A program made the translations under genes and the position numbers. The notes under the pieces were generated by a model. That model saw nothing but the letters and a program-made list of their open reading frames with translations. It did not search any database and was not told the origin of the DNA. A DNA stretch of 64,000 nt from Phycisphaerae bacterium (GTDB lineage: Bacteria > Planctomycetota > Phycisphaerae > WQYP01). Below, piece after piece: positions 1-11,319 of the stretch (the first letter of the stretch is position 1; the number at the start of each line of letters is the position of its first letter). The stretch is from contig DASZTO010000052.1 in assembly GCA_035548175.1 (NCBI GenBank), positions 24,128 to 88,127 of the forward strand, in the 5' to 3' direction.

Positions 1-552
1 TGGGGGCTTCTCGCCGAGTACGAAACCCCCGGCGACCTGCTCCATGCCGCCGAGCGGATCCGCGACGCCGGCTTCAAAAAATGGGACTGCCTCACGCCTT
101 TCCCGGTCCACGGCCTGGATAACGCCATGGGCATCCGCCGCACCAAGCTCCCGTGGGTCATTCTTTGCGTGGGTCTGACCGGTCTGTGCTTCGCGATCTT
201 CCTCCAGTGGTACGTCAACAGCCCCTACACCCAGTCCGCCAGTCTTTACGTGCTGTCCGGTTATCCGCTCACGATCTCGGGCAAACCCTACTGGTCGGTG
301 CCGCCCAACGTGCCGGTGATGTTCGAGTTCACCGTTCTGACCTCCTCCCTGACCGCGTTCTACGGGCTGTGGATGTTCCTGCGCCTGCCCCGCTATCACC
401 ATCCGCTCTTTTCGGTGGCCCGCTTCCGCCGCGTCACCGACGACAAGTTTTTCCTCGTGGTTGAAGCCACCGATGAAAAGTTCGACGCCGCCAATTCCCG
501 CGCCCTGCTCGAACAGACCCATCCCGCGGCTATTGAAGAAGTGAAGGACTGA
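1..552 (+). CDS. actD: Alternative complex III subunit D (DUF3341), 5'-truncated by window edge
   Basis: Frame 1 is open from base 1 (WGLLAEYETPGDLLHAAERIRDAGFKKWDCLTPFPVHGLDNAMG); two TM segments; PNVPVMFEFTVL and DDKFFLVVE motifs; directly upstream of ActE/ActF-like genes. Confidence 0.85.
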   Translation, partial: WGLLAEYETPGDLLHAAERIRDAGFKKWDCLTPFPVHGLDNAMGIRRTKLPWVILCVGLTGLCFAIFLQWYVNSPYTQSASLYVLSGYPLTISGKPYWSVPPNVPVMFEFTVLTSSLTAFYGLWMFLRLPRYHHPLFSVARFRRVTDDKFFLVVEATDEKFDAANSRALLEQTHPAAIEEVKD

Positions 553-1400
553 TGCCCATGTCCAAAATCACCATGGGATTGATTTGCGTGCTCATCGTGC
601 TGGCGATGCTGCCCTTCGCCCTGGTCGCACGCTCGCGCGCTTCCCATAGCCCCGCGCTGGCGCCCCATCTCGTGCTCGACATGGACAAGCAGCCCAAGTT
701 CAAGGCGCAGCGCCCCGCCGACATGTTCGCCGATGGCCGCTCGATGCGCCCCCAGGTCCCCAACACCCTCGCCCAGGAAGACATGGTCATCGCCCCGGAA
801 ATCCTCAATGATCCGACCGATCCCCACCTGCTCGACGGCGGCAAATCCGTGGTGCTGTCCGATCCCACCGTCTACGCCGCCGTCTGCCTCGGCCGCAACC
901 GTCCCGCCGGCATGACCGACGAGCAGTTCGCCGCCATCGTCCCCATCAGCGTGACCAACCCCAAGGCCACCGAGGCCGATATCGACAAGGACACCTTTTA
1001 CGTCCACACCATCCCGTCGCAGTTCCCCGTGACCAGGGAATTCATCCAGCGCGGCCAGGAACGCTTCAACATCTACTGCGCGCCCTGCCACGGTTACGAC
1101 GGCTACGGGGACGGCATGGTCGCCCAGCGGGCCGATGCCCTCAAAAACGGTCCCGATCCGCTGGCCGCTTCCGCCTGGGTCCCCCCGCAGAACCTCCAGG
1201 AACAGAAGATCAAGGACCATCCCGACGGCAGCATCTTCAACACCATCACCAACGGGGCGCGCACCATGCCGCCTTATGACAAGCAGATTTCCATCCCCGA
1301 CCGCTGGGCCATCGTCGCCTACGTCCGGGCGCTCGAACGGTCCCAGGCGGCTCCGGTTTCCGACCTGACGCCCGCGGAACAACAGAAGTTCGCTCACTGA
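552..1400 (+). CDS. actE: ACIII monoheme cytochrome c subunit E
   Basis: DMDKQPKFKAQ N-terminal motif; single CxxCH (RFNIYCAPCHG); distal Met (RTMPPY); DRWAIVAYVRAL; start overlaps actD stop. Confidence 0.85.
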   Translation: MPMSKITMGLICVLIVLAMLPFALVARSRASHSPALAPHLVLDMDKQPKFKAQRPADMFADGRSMRPQVPNTLAQEDMVIAPEILNDPTDPHLLDGGKSVVLSDPTVYAAVCLGRNRPAGMTDEQFAAIVPISVTNPKATEADIDKDTFYVHTIPSQFPVTREFIQRGQERFNIYCAPCHGYDGYGDGMVAQRADALKNGPDPLAASAWVPPQNLQEQKIKDHPDGSIFNTITNGARTMPPYDKQISIPDRWAIVAYVRALERSQAAPVSDLTPAEQQKFAH

Positions 1401-1419
1401 TCGCCGAATCTCCCCTGCG

Positions 1420-2784
1420 TTGGAGTGCAGACCCTTGGCACACGGACATGCAGTTACCCTTCAGCCCGCGAAGCTGATGCTCGGTTCCACCGGAATCCGC
1501 CTGGGCATCGGCGGCCTCTTCGTCGGCGTCGTCGCGCTGGGCGCCGCCGCCATCCTCGGCATGCAAAATCCCCAGGCCCGCCTCCACTTCTTCCATTCCT
1601 ACCTCTTCGCCTTCTGCTTCTTCTTCGCGGTGACCATGGGGGGCCTGGGCTATACGATGATCCACCACCTCACACGCGCCGGATGGTCGGTCGCCATCCG
1701 CCGCCTCTGTGAAGGCCTCGCCATGAACATCTTCCTCCTGGCGATCCTCGTGCTTCCCATGCTCGCGATGGTCCACGAGCTCTACCCCTGGTTCAACGAA
1801 GCACACCGCGCCGCCGACGAAGACCTCCTGGCCAAGTCCGGCTATCTCAATCCCACCTTCTTCTACATCCGCCTCGTCGCCTACTTCGTCCTCTGGGGCT
1901 TCCTGGCCTTCTTCTACTGGTCCATGTCCATCAAGCAGGACAAAACCGGCGATCCCAAAATCTCCGTCGCCATGGAACGCCTCTCCGCCCCCATGATGTA
2001 TCTTTACGGCTTCTCCCTCACCGGCTTCGTCTTCGACTGGATCATGTCCCTCAACCCCTACTGGTTCTCGACCATCTTCGGCGTCTACTTCTTCGCCGGA
2101 TGCATGCTCTCCATGTGGTCCACCATCGTGCTCTTGTCCCTTTATCTGAAAAAGCGCGGACTGATCGGCGATGCGATCAACCACGAGCACTACCACGATC
2201 TGGGCAAGTGGATGTTCGCCTTCACCTTCTTCTGGGGCTACATCGCTTTCGCTCAGTACATGCTCACCTGGTACGCGGACCTGCCCGAGGAAACCCAGTT
2301 CTTCATCCCGCGCCAGATTGGCGTCTGGGCGTCGCTCTCCCTCGTCCTGCTGCTGGTGCACCTCTTGATCCCCTTCCCCGGGTTGCTCTCGCGGCACGTG
2401 AAGCGGCGCAATGGCGTCATCGCCTTCTGGGCCGTCTGGTCGGTGTGCGCCTGCATCTTCGACGTGTGGTGGCTGATTATTCCCAACGAGTGGATCAACA
2501 AGATCCCCGCCGAGATCAATAACCCCCGCATGCCCATCACCCAGGCGCTCTCGCACTTGTCTATGGGCCCCACCGATCTGTATACCTTAAGCAGCCAGCA
2601 CGCCGGTTTTGCGGCGCAGATCAATTATCCCCTGCAACCGTTGAGCGTGCTGGTCACCGTCCTGTGCCTCGTGGGCATCGGAGGCCTGTATGTGTTTTCC
2701 ACCATGCTGGCGCTTCGCAAGCATTCGCTGATCCCCATGCGCGATCCCCGGCTGCCTGAAACGCTGGCTTTCGAGAATATGTAA
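1420..2784 (+). CDS. actF: ACIII membrane subunit F (quinol:cytochrome c oxidoreductase subunit 2)
   Basis: Polytopic membrane protein; AGWSVAIRR, DWIMSLNPYWFSTIFG, HYHDLGKWMFAF, QYMLTWYADLPEET motifs; start uncertain (TTG 1420 or ATG 1477). Confidence 0.85.
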   Translation: MECRPLAHGHAVTLQPAKLMLGSTGIRLGIGGLFVGVVALGAAAILGMQNPQARLHFFHSYLFAFCFFFAVTMGGLGYTMIHHLTRAGWSVAIRRLCEGLAMNIFLLAILVLPMLAMVHELYPWFNEAHRAADEDLLAKSGYLNPTFFYIRLVAYFVLWGFLAFFYWSMSIKQDKTGDPKISVAMERLSAPMMYLYGFSLTGFVFDWIMSLNPYWFSTIFGVYFFAGCMLSMWSTIVLLSLYLKKRGLIGDAINHEHYHDLGKWMFAFTFFWGYIAFAQYMLTWYADLPEETQFFIPRQIGVWASLSLVLLLVHLLIPFPGLLSRHVKRRNGVIAFWAVWSVCACIFDVWWLIIPNEWINKIPAEINNPRMPITQALSHLSMGPTDLYTLSSQHAGFAAQINYPLQPLSVLVTVLCLVGIGGLYVFSTMLALRKHSLIPMRDPRLPETLAFENM

Positions 2785-2852
2785 CCGCCCGTTGAAGGGC
2801 TCTTTACGACCTCCGCACCGCGGAACACTGTTCGTCACCTAAAGGCGCATCC

Positions 2853-3275
2853 ATGGAACACCGCCACCACGTCAAAACTGTCCCAGGCGAAGCCAAGGCG
2901 CCCGAGATCGTCCCCGACGCCGAACACCTCGAGCCCGGCGGCACCACGCAGGCCGAAGACATCAACATTCCCCTGGTCGCCACCGTCGTCGCCTTTTTCG
3001 CCGTCCTGCTGGCGGTTTCCATCGTCAGCCTCCAGGCATGGTTCTATAATGCCGACACCGCCGAACGGGCGCGAAAGCAGCTTGCCGAGTTCGATCCCAA
3101 CACCCCCCTCGGGGCTCTCGTAGCGGCCCAGGAAAAGGAACTCAACGACCCGGTCGGCTGGAACGACCGCGTCGGTCAGGCCGGCCAGGCCAACAAAATC
3201 GTCCGCGAGCCTATCGATCGCGCTATTGATGCCACCGCTAAGGAGTATGCCCAGGCACAAGCCTCCGCTAAATGA
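2853..3275 (+). CDS. Single-TM protein, ActG-like accessory subunit
   Basis: One hydrophobic helix, C-terminal PIDRAI motif, position between actF and SCO. Confidence 0.55.
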   Translation: MEHRHHVKTVPGEAKAPEIVPDAEHLEPGGTTQAEDINIPLVATVVAFFAVLLAVSIVSLQAWFYNADTAERARKQLAEFDPNTPLGALVAAQEKELNDPVGWNDRVGQAGQANKIVREPIDRAIDATAKEYAQAQASAK

Positions 3276-4267
3276 CCATCATGTTTGCTCTGTCCCACAA
3301 GTTCACCCGCTGGTCCGCAATGGCGATCGCCGTCGCGGCCCTTGCCCTGTTCGCCGTAACTCCCCGCGCCAATGCGCAGTACCGGGACGACCTCCCCTCG
3401 GATGCCGGACCCCCTGTCGCCGTGCCCAATCCCGGCATCACCGACAAGACCGGCACGCTGCTCCCGCTCGATGCCACCTTCACCGAATCCGACGGCAAAC
3501 CCGTCAAGCTCGGCGACCTGTTCAACCACGATCGACCGGTCATCGTTTCGCTGGTTTACCACTCCTGCCCCGCCCTCTGCGGCTTCAACCAGCAAGCCCT
3601 CTGCGACGCCATCCTCGCCGGCCCGCGCGACCTGAAATTCAACCGCGATTACGACATCATCATCGTCTCCTTCGATCCCGACGACACCCCCGCCATCGCC
3701 GCCTCCAAACGCGCCATCTACCAGGCCAAAATCGGTCGCGGCCCGACTGATCCCGGCTTCATCTATCTCACCGGCGACGCCAGCAACATCCAGCGCCTCG
3801 CCGATGCCGTCGGCTTCGGTTTCATGCGCAACCCCTATCCCAAAGGCGACAAGTTCCTCCACTCCACCGGCATCTTCGTGTGCACCCCCGAGGGACGCGT
3901 CTCCCAGACCATCCTCGGCATCCAGTATGAACCCGACCAGCTCCATTACGCCCTCGTCAACGCCTCTCATGGAAGGCTCGGCGGCGGGCTGCTCGCGGTC
4001 GCTCTCTGCTGCGGCGCCATGCACTTCGACGCCAAGACCGGCCGCTATGTCCAGAACCCCTGGTTTTATGCCGGCACCGCGGGAGCGCTACTGTCGATTG
4101 CCTTCGTCGCGGGCTTTCTGGGCCTGATGTGGCGCGGCGAAATCAAGGCCGCCCGTGCCGCCAGGACCGATGCCCCGGGCCCCGGCGCCGCCCCGAATTC
4201 CGACGCGGAGGGCGCCCTTCATTCCGCGCCTCCCTCCGATCCCAACGACCCCAACAGCTTGGCGTAG
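3272..4267 (+). CDS. SCO1/SenC family copper chaperone
   Basis: Signal peptide; CxxxC (SCPALCG); conserved His (FLHSTG); C-terminal TM; ATGA overlap with previous gene. Confidence 0.85.
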   Translation: MTIMFALSHKFTRWSAMAIAVAALALFAVTPRANAQYRDDLPSDAGPPVAVPNPGITDKTGTLLPLDATFTESDGKPVKLGDLFNHDRPVIVSLVYHSCPALCGFNQQALCDAILAGPRDLKFNRDYDIIIVSFDPDDTPAIAASKRAIYQAKIGRGPTDPGFIYLTGDASNIQRLADAVGFGFMRNPYPKGDKFLHSTGIFVCTPEGRVSQTILGIQYEPDQLHYALVNASHGRLGGGLLAVALCCGAMHFDAKTGRYVQNPWFYAGTAGALLSIAFVAGFLGLMWRGEIKAARAARTDAPGPGAAPNSDAEGALHSAPPSDPNDPNSLA

Positions 4268-4278
4268 TCAGGATACCC

Positions 4279-5463
4279 ATGATGAATCTTCTCGCGCAAA
4301 CTGAAACCTTCTTCCTTCCGCCTCAGGCGTCCAATCTCTCCTACAACGTCGATTGGGCCTGGAACACCATCCTGGGCATCACGGGCTTCTTCTTTTGCCT
4401 TGTCGTGGCCATCATGCTCATCTTCGTCATCAAGTACCGCCGCCGCACGCCCAACGACTCCACCCCTGAAATCACTCACAACACTCCCCTGGAAATCACC
4501 TGGACCGTCGTGCCTCTCATCATCGTCATCGGCATCTTCTTCGTCGCCTTCAAGGGCTTCCTCAATTACGACACGCCCCCCTCCAATGCCGTCGTCGTCG
4601 ATGTCGAAGCCAAAAAATGGAACTTCACCTTCACCTATCCCAACGGCGGCATCTCCGATACCCTCTATGTCCAGAAGGGCGTTCCCGTCGTCCTCAACCT
4701 CCACTCCGTGGATGTGCTCCACGCCCTCTACATCCCCGCGTTCCGCACCCAGCGGAACGCCATCCCCTACCGCACCACCAACATCTGGTTCATCCCCGAG
4801 GAACTCACCCCGCCCGACGGTTTCCCGGTCTTCTGCACGCAATACTGTGGCAAAGACCACTCCCACATGCACACCACCGTGCACGTGCTCGATGCCGCCG
4901 ACTTCCAGGCCGCCATGGCCCAGGTCGCCAACCCCTTCAAGGTCAAGGACGCCGACGGCCACGAGCACTGGGTCCCGTATGTCCAGCTCGGTGAAAAGTT
5001 CTACAACCAGATGGGTTGCGCGACGTGCCACAACGTCACCGGCGCCCCCGGCGGCACGGGCCCCACGTGGAAAGACCTGTGGAAATCCCACGTGACTTTC
5101 TCCGCCTCCAACGAGCCCGGGTTCGAGCTTCAGCCCACCGACTCCGACGACAAGTGGGAAAAATACATCACCGAATCCGCGCTTCACCCCAGCTACAAAA
5201 TCGTCGCCGGCTACCAGGACCAGATGCCTTCCTTCGAGGCCCAGTTCTCCGGCTCCTCCATGAAGGAAGAAAAAATCCGCGCCATCATCGCCTACATCCG
5301 CAGCATCGGACGGCTGCCCTACACCCCGCCCATCCCCGCAAACTCCGACCTCTACGACGCTCAGAAACACCCCGATCACCACCCCGAATGGCTACAATCG
5401 CACTGGCCCGCGGCCGCCGGCGGAACCACCGCCCCCGCCGCCGCTACCACCCAGGCGCAGTAA
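4279..5463 (+). CDS. coxB: Cytochrome c oxidase subunit II with fused cytochrome c (caa3 type)
   Basis: Two TMs with LEITWTVVP; CuA ligands DVLH and CTQYCGKDHSHM; C-terminal CATCH heme motif and distal Met (QMPSF). Confidence 0.93.
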   Translation: MMNLLAQTETFFLPPQASNLSYNVDWAWNTILGITGFFFCLVVAIMLIFVIKYRRRTPNDSTPEITHNTPLEITWTVVPLIIVIGIFFVAFKGFLNYDTPPSNAVVVDVEAKKWNFTFTYPNGGISDTLYVQKGVPVVLNLHSVDVLHALYIPAFRTQRNAIPYRTTNIWFIPEELTPPDGFPVFCTQYCGKDHSHMHTTVHVLDAADFQAAMAQVANPFKVKDADGHEHWVPYVQLGEKFYNQMGCATCHNVTGAPGGTGPTWKDLWKSHVTFSASNEPGFELQPTDSDDKWEKYITESALHPSYKIVAGYQDQMPSFEAQFSGSSMKEEKIRAIIAYIRSIGRLPYTPPIPANSDLYDAQKHPDHHPEWLQSHWPAAAGGTTAPAAATTQAQ

Positions 5464-5481
5464 TTTGGCAGGACGTATACC

Positions 5482-7218
<1,737 letters not shown>

Positions 7219-7295
7219 CGCCGCGCGGCGCACCGGCGCCGCCCCGCTCCATTGAACGCTTTTGTCCCTGATCACTGCTCCCCTACGAGAACCAC

Positions 7296-8213
7296 ATGAC
7301 CACCATCGCCGAAGGACACGACGAACAAGGGCACCACGAACATCCCAAGTTCCTCGCGCACCATTTCGACACGCCCCAGCAGCAGTTCGATTCCGGTAAG
7401 CTCGGCATCTGGCTCTTCCTGACCACCGAAATCCTCCTCTTCTCAGGCCTCTTCTGCGCTTACTCCGTTTACCGCTCCAACCACCCCGAAGTCTTCGAAT
7501 ACGCCCACCAGTATCTCAATAAAACCTACGGCGCCCTCAATACCCTCGTCCTGATCTTCTCCTCCTTCACCATGGCCTGGGGCGTCCGCGCCGCCCAGCT
7601 CGGTCAACGCAAACTCTGCGTCTCGCTCCTGGGCATCACCATCGCCTGCGGCGCCGTCTTCATGTGCATCAAGGGCGTCGAATACAACGCCAAGTTCAAG
7701 GAAGCCCTCTTCCCAGGTTACTACTACAACCCCACCGAACGTCCCGGCGAGGTCGGCAACATCGAGCACACCGGCGAATCCACCATCCCCCTCAAGCCCC
7801 TCGCCGCCGCAACCGCCCCCGACCAGGCCCCGCCCCTCGCCCACGACGCCAACGGCGTCGCTTTCGAAGAATCACGAGTCCCCCGCGCCGCCGTCGGACC
7901 CCAGGGCCTCAACCCCGAATGGGAGTCCACAGAAGCCGCACGCGACGCCGGCCAGGAAATCGTCACCGGACATGAGGTCGGCAACGAACCCAAAAACGTC
8001 CAGATCTTCTTCTCCATCTACTTCCTCATGACCGGCCTCCACGGCCTCCACGTCCTCGTCGGCATGTCCCTCATCTTCTGGGTGCTCCTCCGCGCCAGAA
8101 AAGGTGAATTCGGACCCGAATACTATTCCCCCGTCGATTTCGTCGGCCTCTATTGGCACGTCGTCGACCTCATCTGGATTTTTCTCTTCCCCCTGCTCTA
8201 CCTGATCTCCTGA
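7296..8213 (+). CDS. coxC: Cytochrome c oxidase subunit III with long loop insertion
   Basis: [53 protein letters not shown]. Confidence 0.92.
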   Translation: MTTIAEGHDEQGHHEHPKFLAHHFDTPQQQFDSGKLGIWLFLTTEILLFSGLFCAYSVYRSNHPEVFEYAHQYLNKTYGALNTLVLIFSSFTMAWGVRAAQLGQRKLCVSLLGITIACGAVFMCIKGVEYNAKFKEALFPGYYYNPTERPGEVGNIEHTGESTIPLKPLAAATAPDQAPPLAHDANGVAFEESRVPRAAVGPQGLNPEWESTEAARDAGQEIVTGHEVGNEPKNVQIFFSIYFLMTGLHGLHVLVGMSLIFWVLLRARKGEFGPEYYSPVDFVGLYWHVVDLIWIFLFPLLYLIS

Positions 8214-8271
8214 CGGCCCGGCGCCCCGGCATCTCCGGCTCGCATCGACCATCGTCTAAGGAACCTCTCGC

Positions 8272-8793
8272 ATGACCGACATCCCCTCCAACGCCGCCAT
8301 GGGACACCCCGTCCCCCCGCCCACGCCCGGCGATTTCGCGCCCGCTACCCCGCCCCCGCACAGCAACGAGGAATTCGGCGGGCACCCCACCCACGGCGTC
8401 GGGCATATCGTCCCGCTTCGCGTCCTCGTCACCATCTTCGTCAGCCTCGTCTGCCTCACCATCATCACCTACCTCGCCTCCCTGGTGAACTTTGGCGAGA
8501 TGAACCTCGTCGTCGCGCTCGCCATCGCCGTCGTTAAGTCCTCTCTCGTCGTCCTCTATTTCATGCACCTCCGATGGGACAAGCCCTTCAACTCCATCGT
8601 CTTCGTCGGCTGCCTCATCTTCGTCGCCCTCTTCATCAGCCTCTCCATGCTCGACTCCCACCAGTACCACTCCACCGTCTGGAACCAGCAGGCCGAGAAG
8701 GTCAAACACCGCGTCCTGCTCACCGCCGAAAACGAACCCGGCGCGCAAACCCCAACCGCTGTGCCCCCGGCGAACCCCAACGTCACGCGCTGA
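8272..8793 (+). CDS. Cytochrome c oxidase subunit IV family protein
   Basis: Three TMs; IAVVKSSLVVLYFMHLRWD motif; operon position. Confidence 0.85.
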   Translation: MTDIPSNAAMGHPVPPPTPGDFAPATPPPHSNEEFGGHPTHGVGHIVPLRVLVTIFVSLVCLTIITYLASLVNFGEMNLVVALAIAVVKSSLVVLYFMHLRWDKPFNSIVFVGCLIFVALFISLSMLDSHQYHSTVWNQQAEKVKHRVLLTAENEPGAQTPTAVPPANPNVTR

Positions 8794-8834
8794 CCTGCTC
8801 GCTTACCGCCTCGCCCATCGCTCCGATTTCCACC

Positions 8835-8870
8835 AGGCCCGCCGGCAACTCCCCGCGGGCCTCTTTCTTT
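8835..8870 (+). terminator. Possible intrinsic terminator after subunit IV
   Basis: AGGCCCGC...GCGGGCCT stem followed by CTTTCTTT. Confidence 0.45.
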
Positions 8871-8902
8871 CTCCCGCTGGCCCCGCCCCGTTCCGGTGAC
8901 CC

Positions 8903-9529
8903 ATGACCCCTCCCGAAGACCTCGACAAGGACACCGTCCCCGAAAATTACGAACGCGCCACCGGAAAGGGCGACCTCCGCATCGGCGGCGCCGGAACCAT
9001 CGGCATCGCCGTCCTCCTGGTCTCCCTCACCGTCCTCTTCGCCACCTCCATCTTCGCCTTCCTCCTCGTCCGTTTCCGCGAACCCGTCTGGCCGCCGCCG
9101 GGTTTCCCGCCCATCCCCCGCACCCTCTGGCTTTCCACCATCGTCATCCTGGCCTCCTCCGTCACCATCCAGCGCGCCGCCAATGCCATCAAACGCGACA
9201 ACCAGCGCACGCTCCTTCGCATGCTCTGGGCCACCTTCGCCCTCGGCCTGCTCTTCCTCGCCCTCCAGACTCTCAACTGGATCGAATTCTACGACCGCCT
9301 CGCCCCCTCCACCCAGGTCCGCGGATCCTACCTCGGCATGTTCTACGTCCTCACCGGGCTCCACGCCGCCCACGTCATCGGCGGCCTGATCCCCCTCGCC
9401 GTCGTCATCCACGTCGCCCGCCGCGGCAAATACTCCCGCAACTATTTCCCCGGCGTCCGCTACTCCACCGCCTACTGGCACTTCCTCGACATCGTCTGGA
9501 TCATCCTCTTCTGCGTCCTGTACTTTTAG
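8903..9529 (+). CDS. Second heme-copper oxidase subunit III paralog
   Basis: STIVILASS, FYVLTGLHAAHVIGG, YWHFLDIVWIILF. Confidence 0.85.
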   Translation: MTPPEDLDKDTVPENYERATGKGDLRIGGAGTIGIAVLLVSLTVLFATSIFAFLLVRFREPVWPPPGFPPIPRTLWLSTIVILASSVTIQRAANAIKRDNQRTLLRMLWATFALGLLFLALQTLNWIEFYDRLAPSTQVRGSYLGMFYVLTGLHAAHVIGGLIPLAVVIHVARRGKYSRNYFPGVRYSTAYWHFLDIVWIILFCVLYF

Positions 9530-9533
9530 CCCC

Positions 9534-9792
9534 GTAAATGGCCACGAAAGCCACGAAAAACACGAAACGACGCGGAAAGTTTCCACAAATGCCCACAAAT
9601 CCGCACAAATCCCCGCCCCTTGCAGCGCGCACCCTTCGCGCACGAAGTATTTAAAAATCTCTATGTAATGCATGAAAAGCTCAGACCGGTATCGCCGTTC
9701 GACGCCCAACGCATTCGTGCCGATTTGTGCAAATTTGTGGACCCGTCCCCTCCCCCCGTTTCGTGCTTTTCGTGTCTTTCGTGGCCATTTAC
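9534..9792. repeat. 259-bp palindromic element with 35-bp terminal inverted repeats (CACGAAA family)
   Basis: 9534-9568 GTAAATGGCCACGAAAGCCACGAAAAACACGAAAC matches the reverse complement of 9758-9792 with 2 mismatches; inner CACAAAT decamer arms; lies between convergent genes. Confidence 0.85.
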
Positions 9793-9799
9793 GTGCGCC

Positions 9800-11230
9800 T
9801 CACGCCCCCGCCGCCTCCAGCCCGCCGCGCAGGTCCGTCAGCCGCTTCCGCGCGTCCAGATACTGGTAATCCCACCGCACGATCTGCGAATACACGTCCA
9901 CCGCCCCCTTGATCTTCCCCGATTCCTCCAGCGCCCGCGCATACCAATAGTGGATCGCCTTGCTCTTCGCGTCCCCCGCCATCGCATTCTCATACTCGTC
10001 GATCGTCTTCTTCAGCGTGTCCAGCGCCTCTGGAAGCATCTTCTGCGCCATGAACGCACGCCCCAGCAGGTACATCGCATCCACGCGGTACTTCGGATTG
10101 TTCTGCGCCTCCTGCAGCGCCCCGATCGCCTCGTCGTACATCGCCGCGTCATACAGCCGCCGGCCATACTCGTAGCGCACCACCATGTCGGTCGGGAACC
10201 GCTCCGAGCGCTCCCTGAATTCCTCAAGCTCAAACGCCAGCCGGTCCTTCTGCGCCTGCTCCAGCTCCTGCTTCAGGTGCTCATCGTCCGGGTGCTCGTT
10301 CACCGCCTCTTTGAGCACATTGTAATTCCGCCGGAGCTGCTTCATCCGGATGTCGCCGATGGTTGATTTGAACCGGTACACCTTGGTCGCCTCGAAGGCC
10401 TTCCGCAGCACCTCGATCGCCAGGTTTTCGCTGGCCTCGTCGTCCATGTCCGTCAGCGTCTTGACGTACTTGACGATCACCTGCATTTCCGTCGGGTTCT
10501 TCTCGTACGCTTCCTTCGCCTCCTCCACCGCCTTCCGCCGGTAATCGTCCGATTTCCCCAGGTTCTCCTCCTCCAGCAGCTTCTTGGTCAGCTCGCGATC
10601 TTTGATCGACTCCTTGAAATCCTTGCCCTGGTCGAACTTCCCGCGCACCATCGTCGCCTGAGCCGCATAATCCTTCACCAGTGCATCCAGCTTCCCGTCC
10701 TTCGGGTCCATCAGCCGCGCCAGTTCCGCGGCCTGGCTTGCCTTGTCGAAGTCGTTCACCTTCGCAAAAAGCTCCGCCAGCTCGATATACAAATCTTTCT
10801 TCGGCGACTTGCTCGTGCGGTTCGCTTCCTGCGCGATCGAGCCCATCCACCCCACCACCTCCCCCAGATTCGAAGCCGCCGCGTTCCGCACCATCTGCAT
10901 CATGTGCGTGATGTTCCCCACATCCTTCGCCAGCAGATATTCCGCATTCAACATCGCTTCCTTGGGCGCCTTGCCCTTGTAAGGCGTCTTGGCGCCGAAC
11001 AGCCCGCCCGCCGGCTTGCCCCCGTTCACCTTCCGGTGAAACGCCACCTCGCGCAATTGCTTATGCTGGTCCATGTTCAGCGGTTCGCGATACAACCCCT
11101 GCACATACAGGTCGATCGCGTAGTCGAAGTTCCCCGTCGCCGCCACCGTCGCCGCCCGGTCGAAGTACACCTTCCCCTTGCCAGGACCTTCCTCCGGATC
11201 GGTCACCACGTTGTCTGCATTATCGGTCAT
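9800..11230 (-). CDS. Tetratricopeptide repeat protein
   Basis: Helical A/L/E/K-rich protein with TPR-like patterns (YEYGRRLYDAAMYDEAIGALQ, MYLLGRAF, HYWYARALEESG). Confidence 0.8.
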   Translation of the reverse strand: MTDNADNVVTDPEEGPGKGKVYFDRAATVAATGNFDYAIDLYVQGLYREPLNMDQHKQLREVAFHRKVNGGKPAGGLFGAKTPYKGKAPKEAMLNAEYLLAKDVGNITHMMQMVRNAAASNLGEVVGWMGSIAQEANRTSKSPKKDLYIELAELFAKVNDFDKASQAAELARLMDPKDGKLDALVKDYAAQATMVRGKFDQGKDFKESIKDRELTKKLLEEENLGKSDDYRRKAVEEAKEAYEKNPTEMQVIVKYVKTLTDMDDEASENLAIEVLRKAFEATKVYRFKSTIGDIRMKQLRRNYNVLKEAVNEHPDDEHLKQELEQAQKDRLAFELEEFRERSERFPTDMVVRYEYGRRLYDAAMYDEAIGALQEAQNNPKYRVDAMYLLGRAFMAQKMLPEALDTLKKTIDEYENAMAGDAKSKAIHYWYARALEESGKIKGAVDVYSQIVRWDYQYLDARKRLTDLRGGLEAAGA

Positions 11231-11319
11231 AGCGTAATCTACTTCCGCCTGTTACACGGACGTCTCTGCCAAACGTTGCGGCAATCGTTGACCGTACCAC
11301 ACAACCGCCGTAAGTCAAG

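Noticed and set aside
9534-9792. Possible CRISPR array among the short repeats (also 14449, 30549, 37263)
   Set aside because: No equal-length repeats separated by unique spacers, and no cas genes
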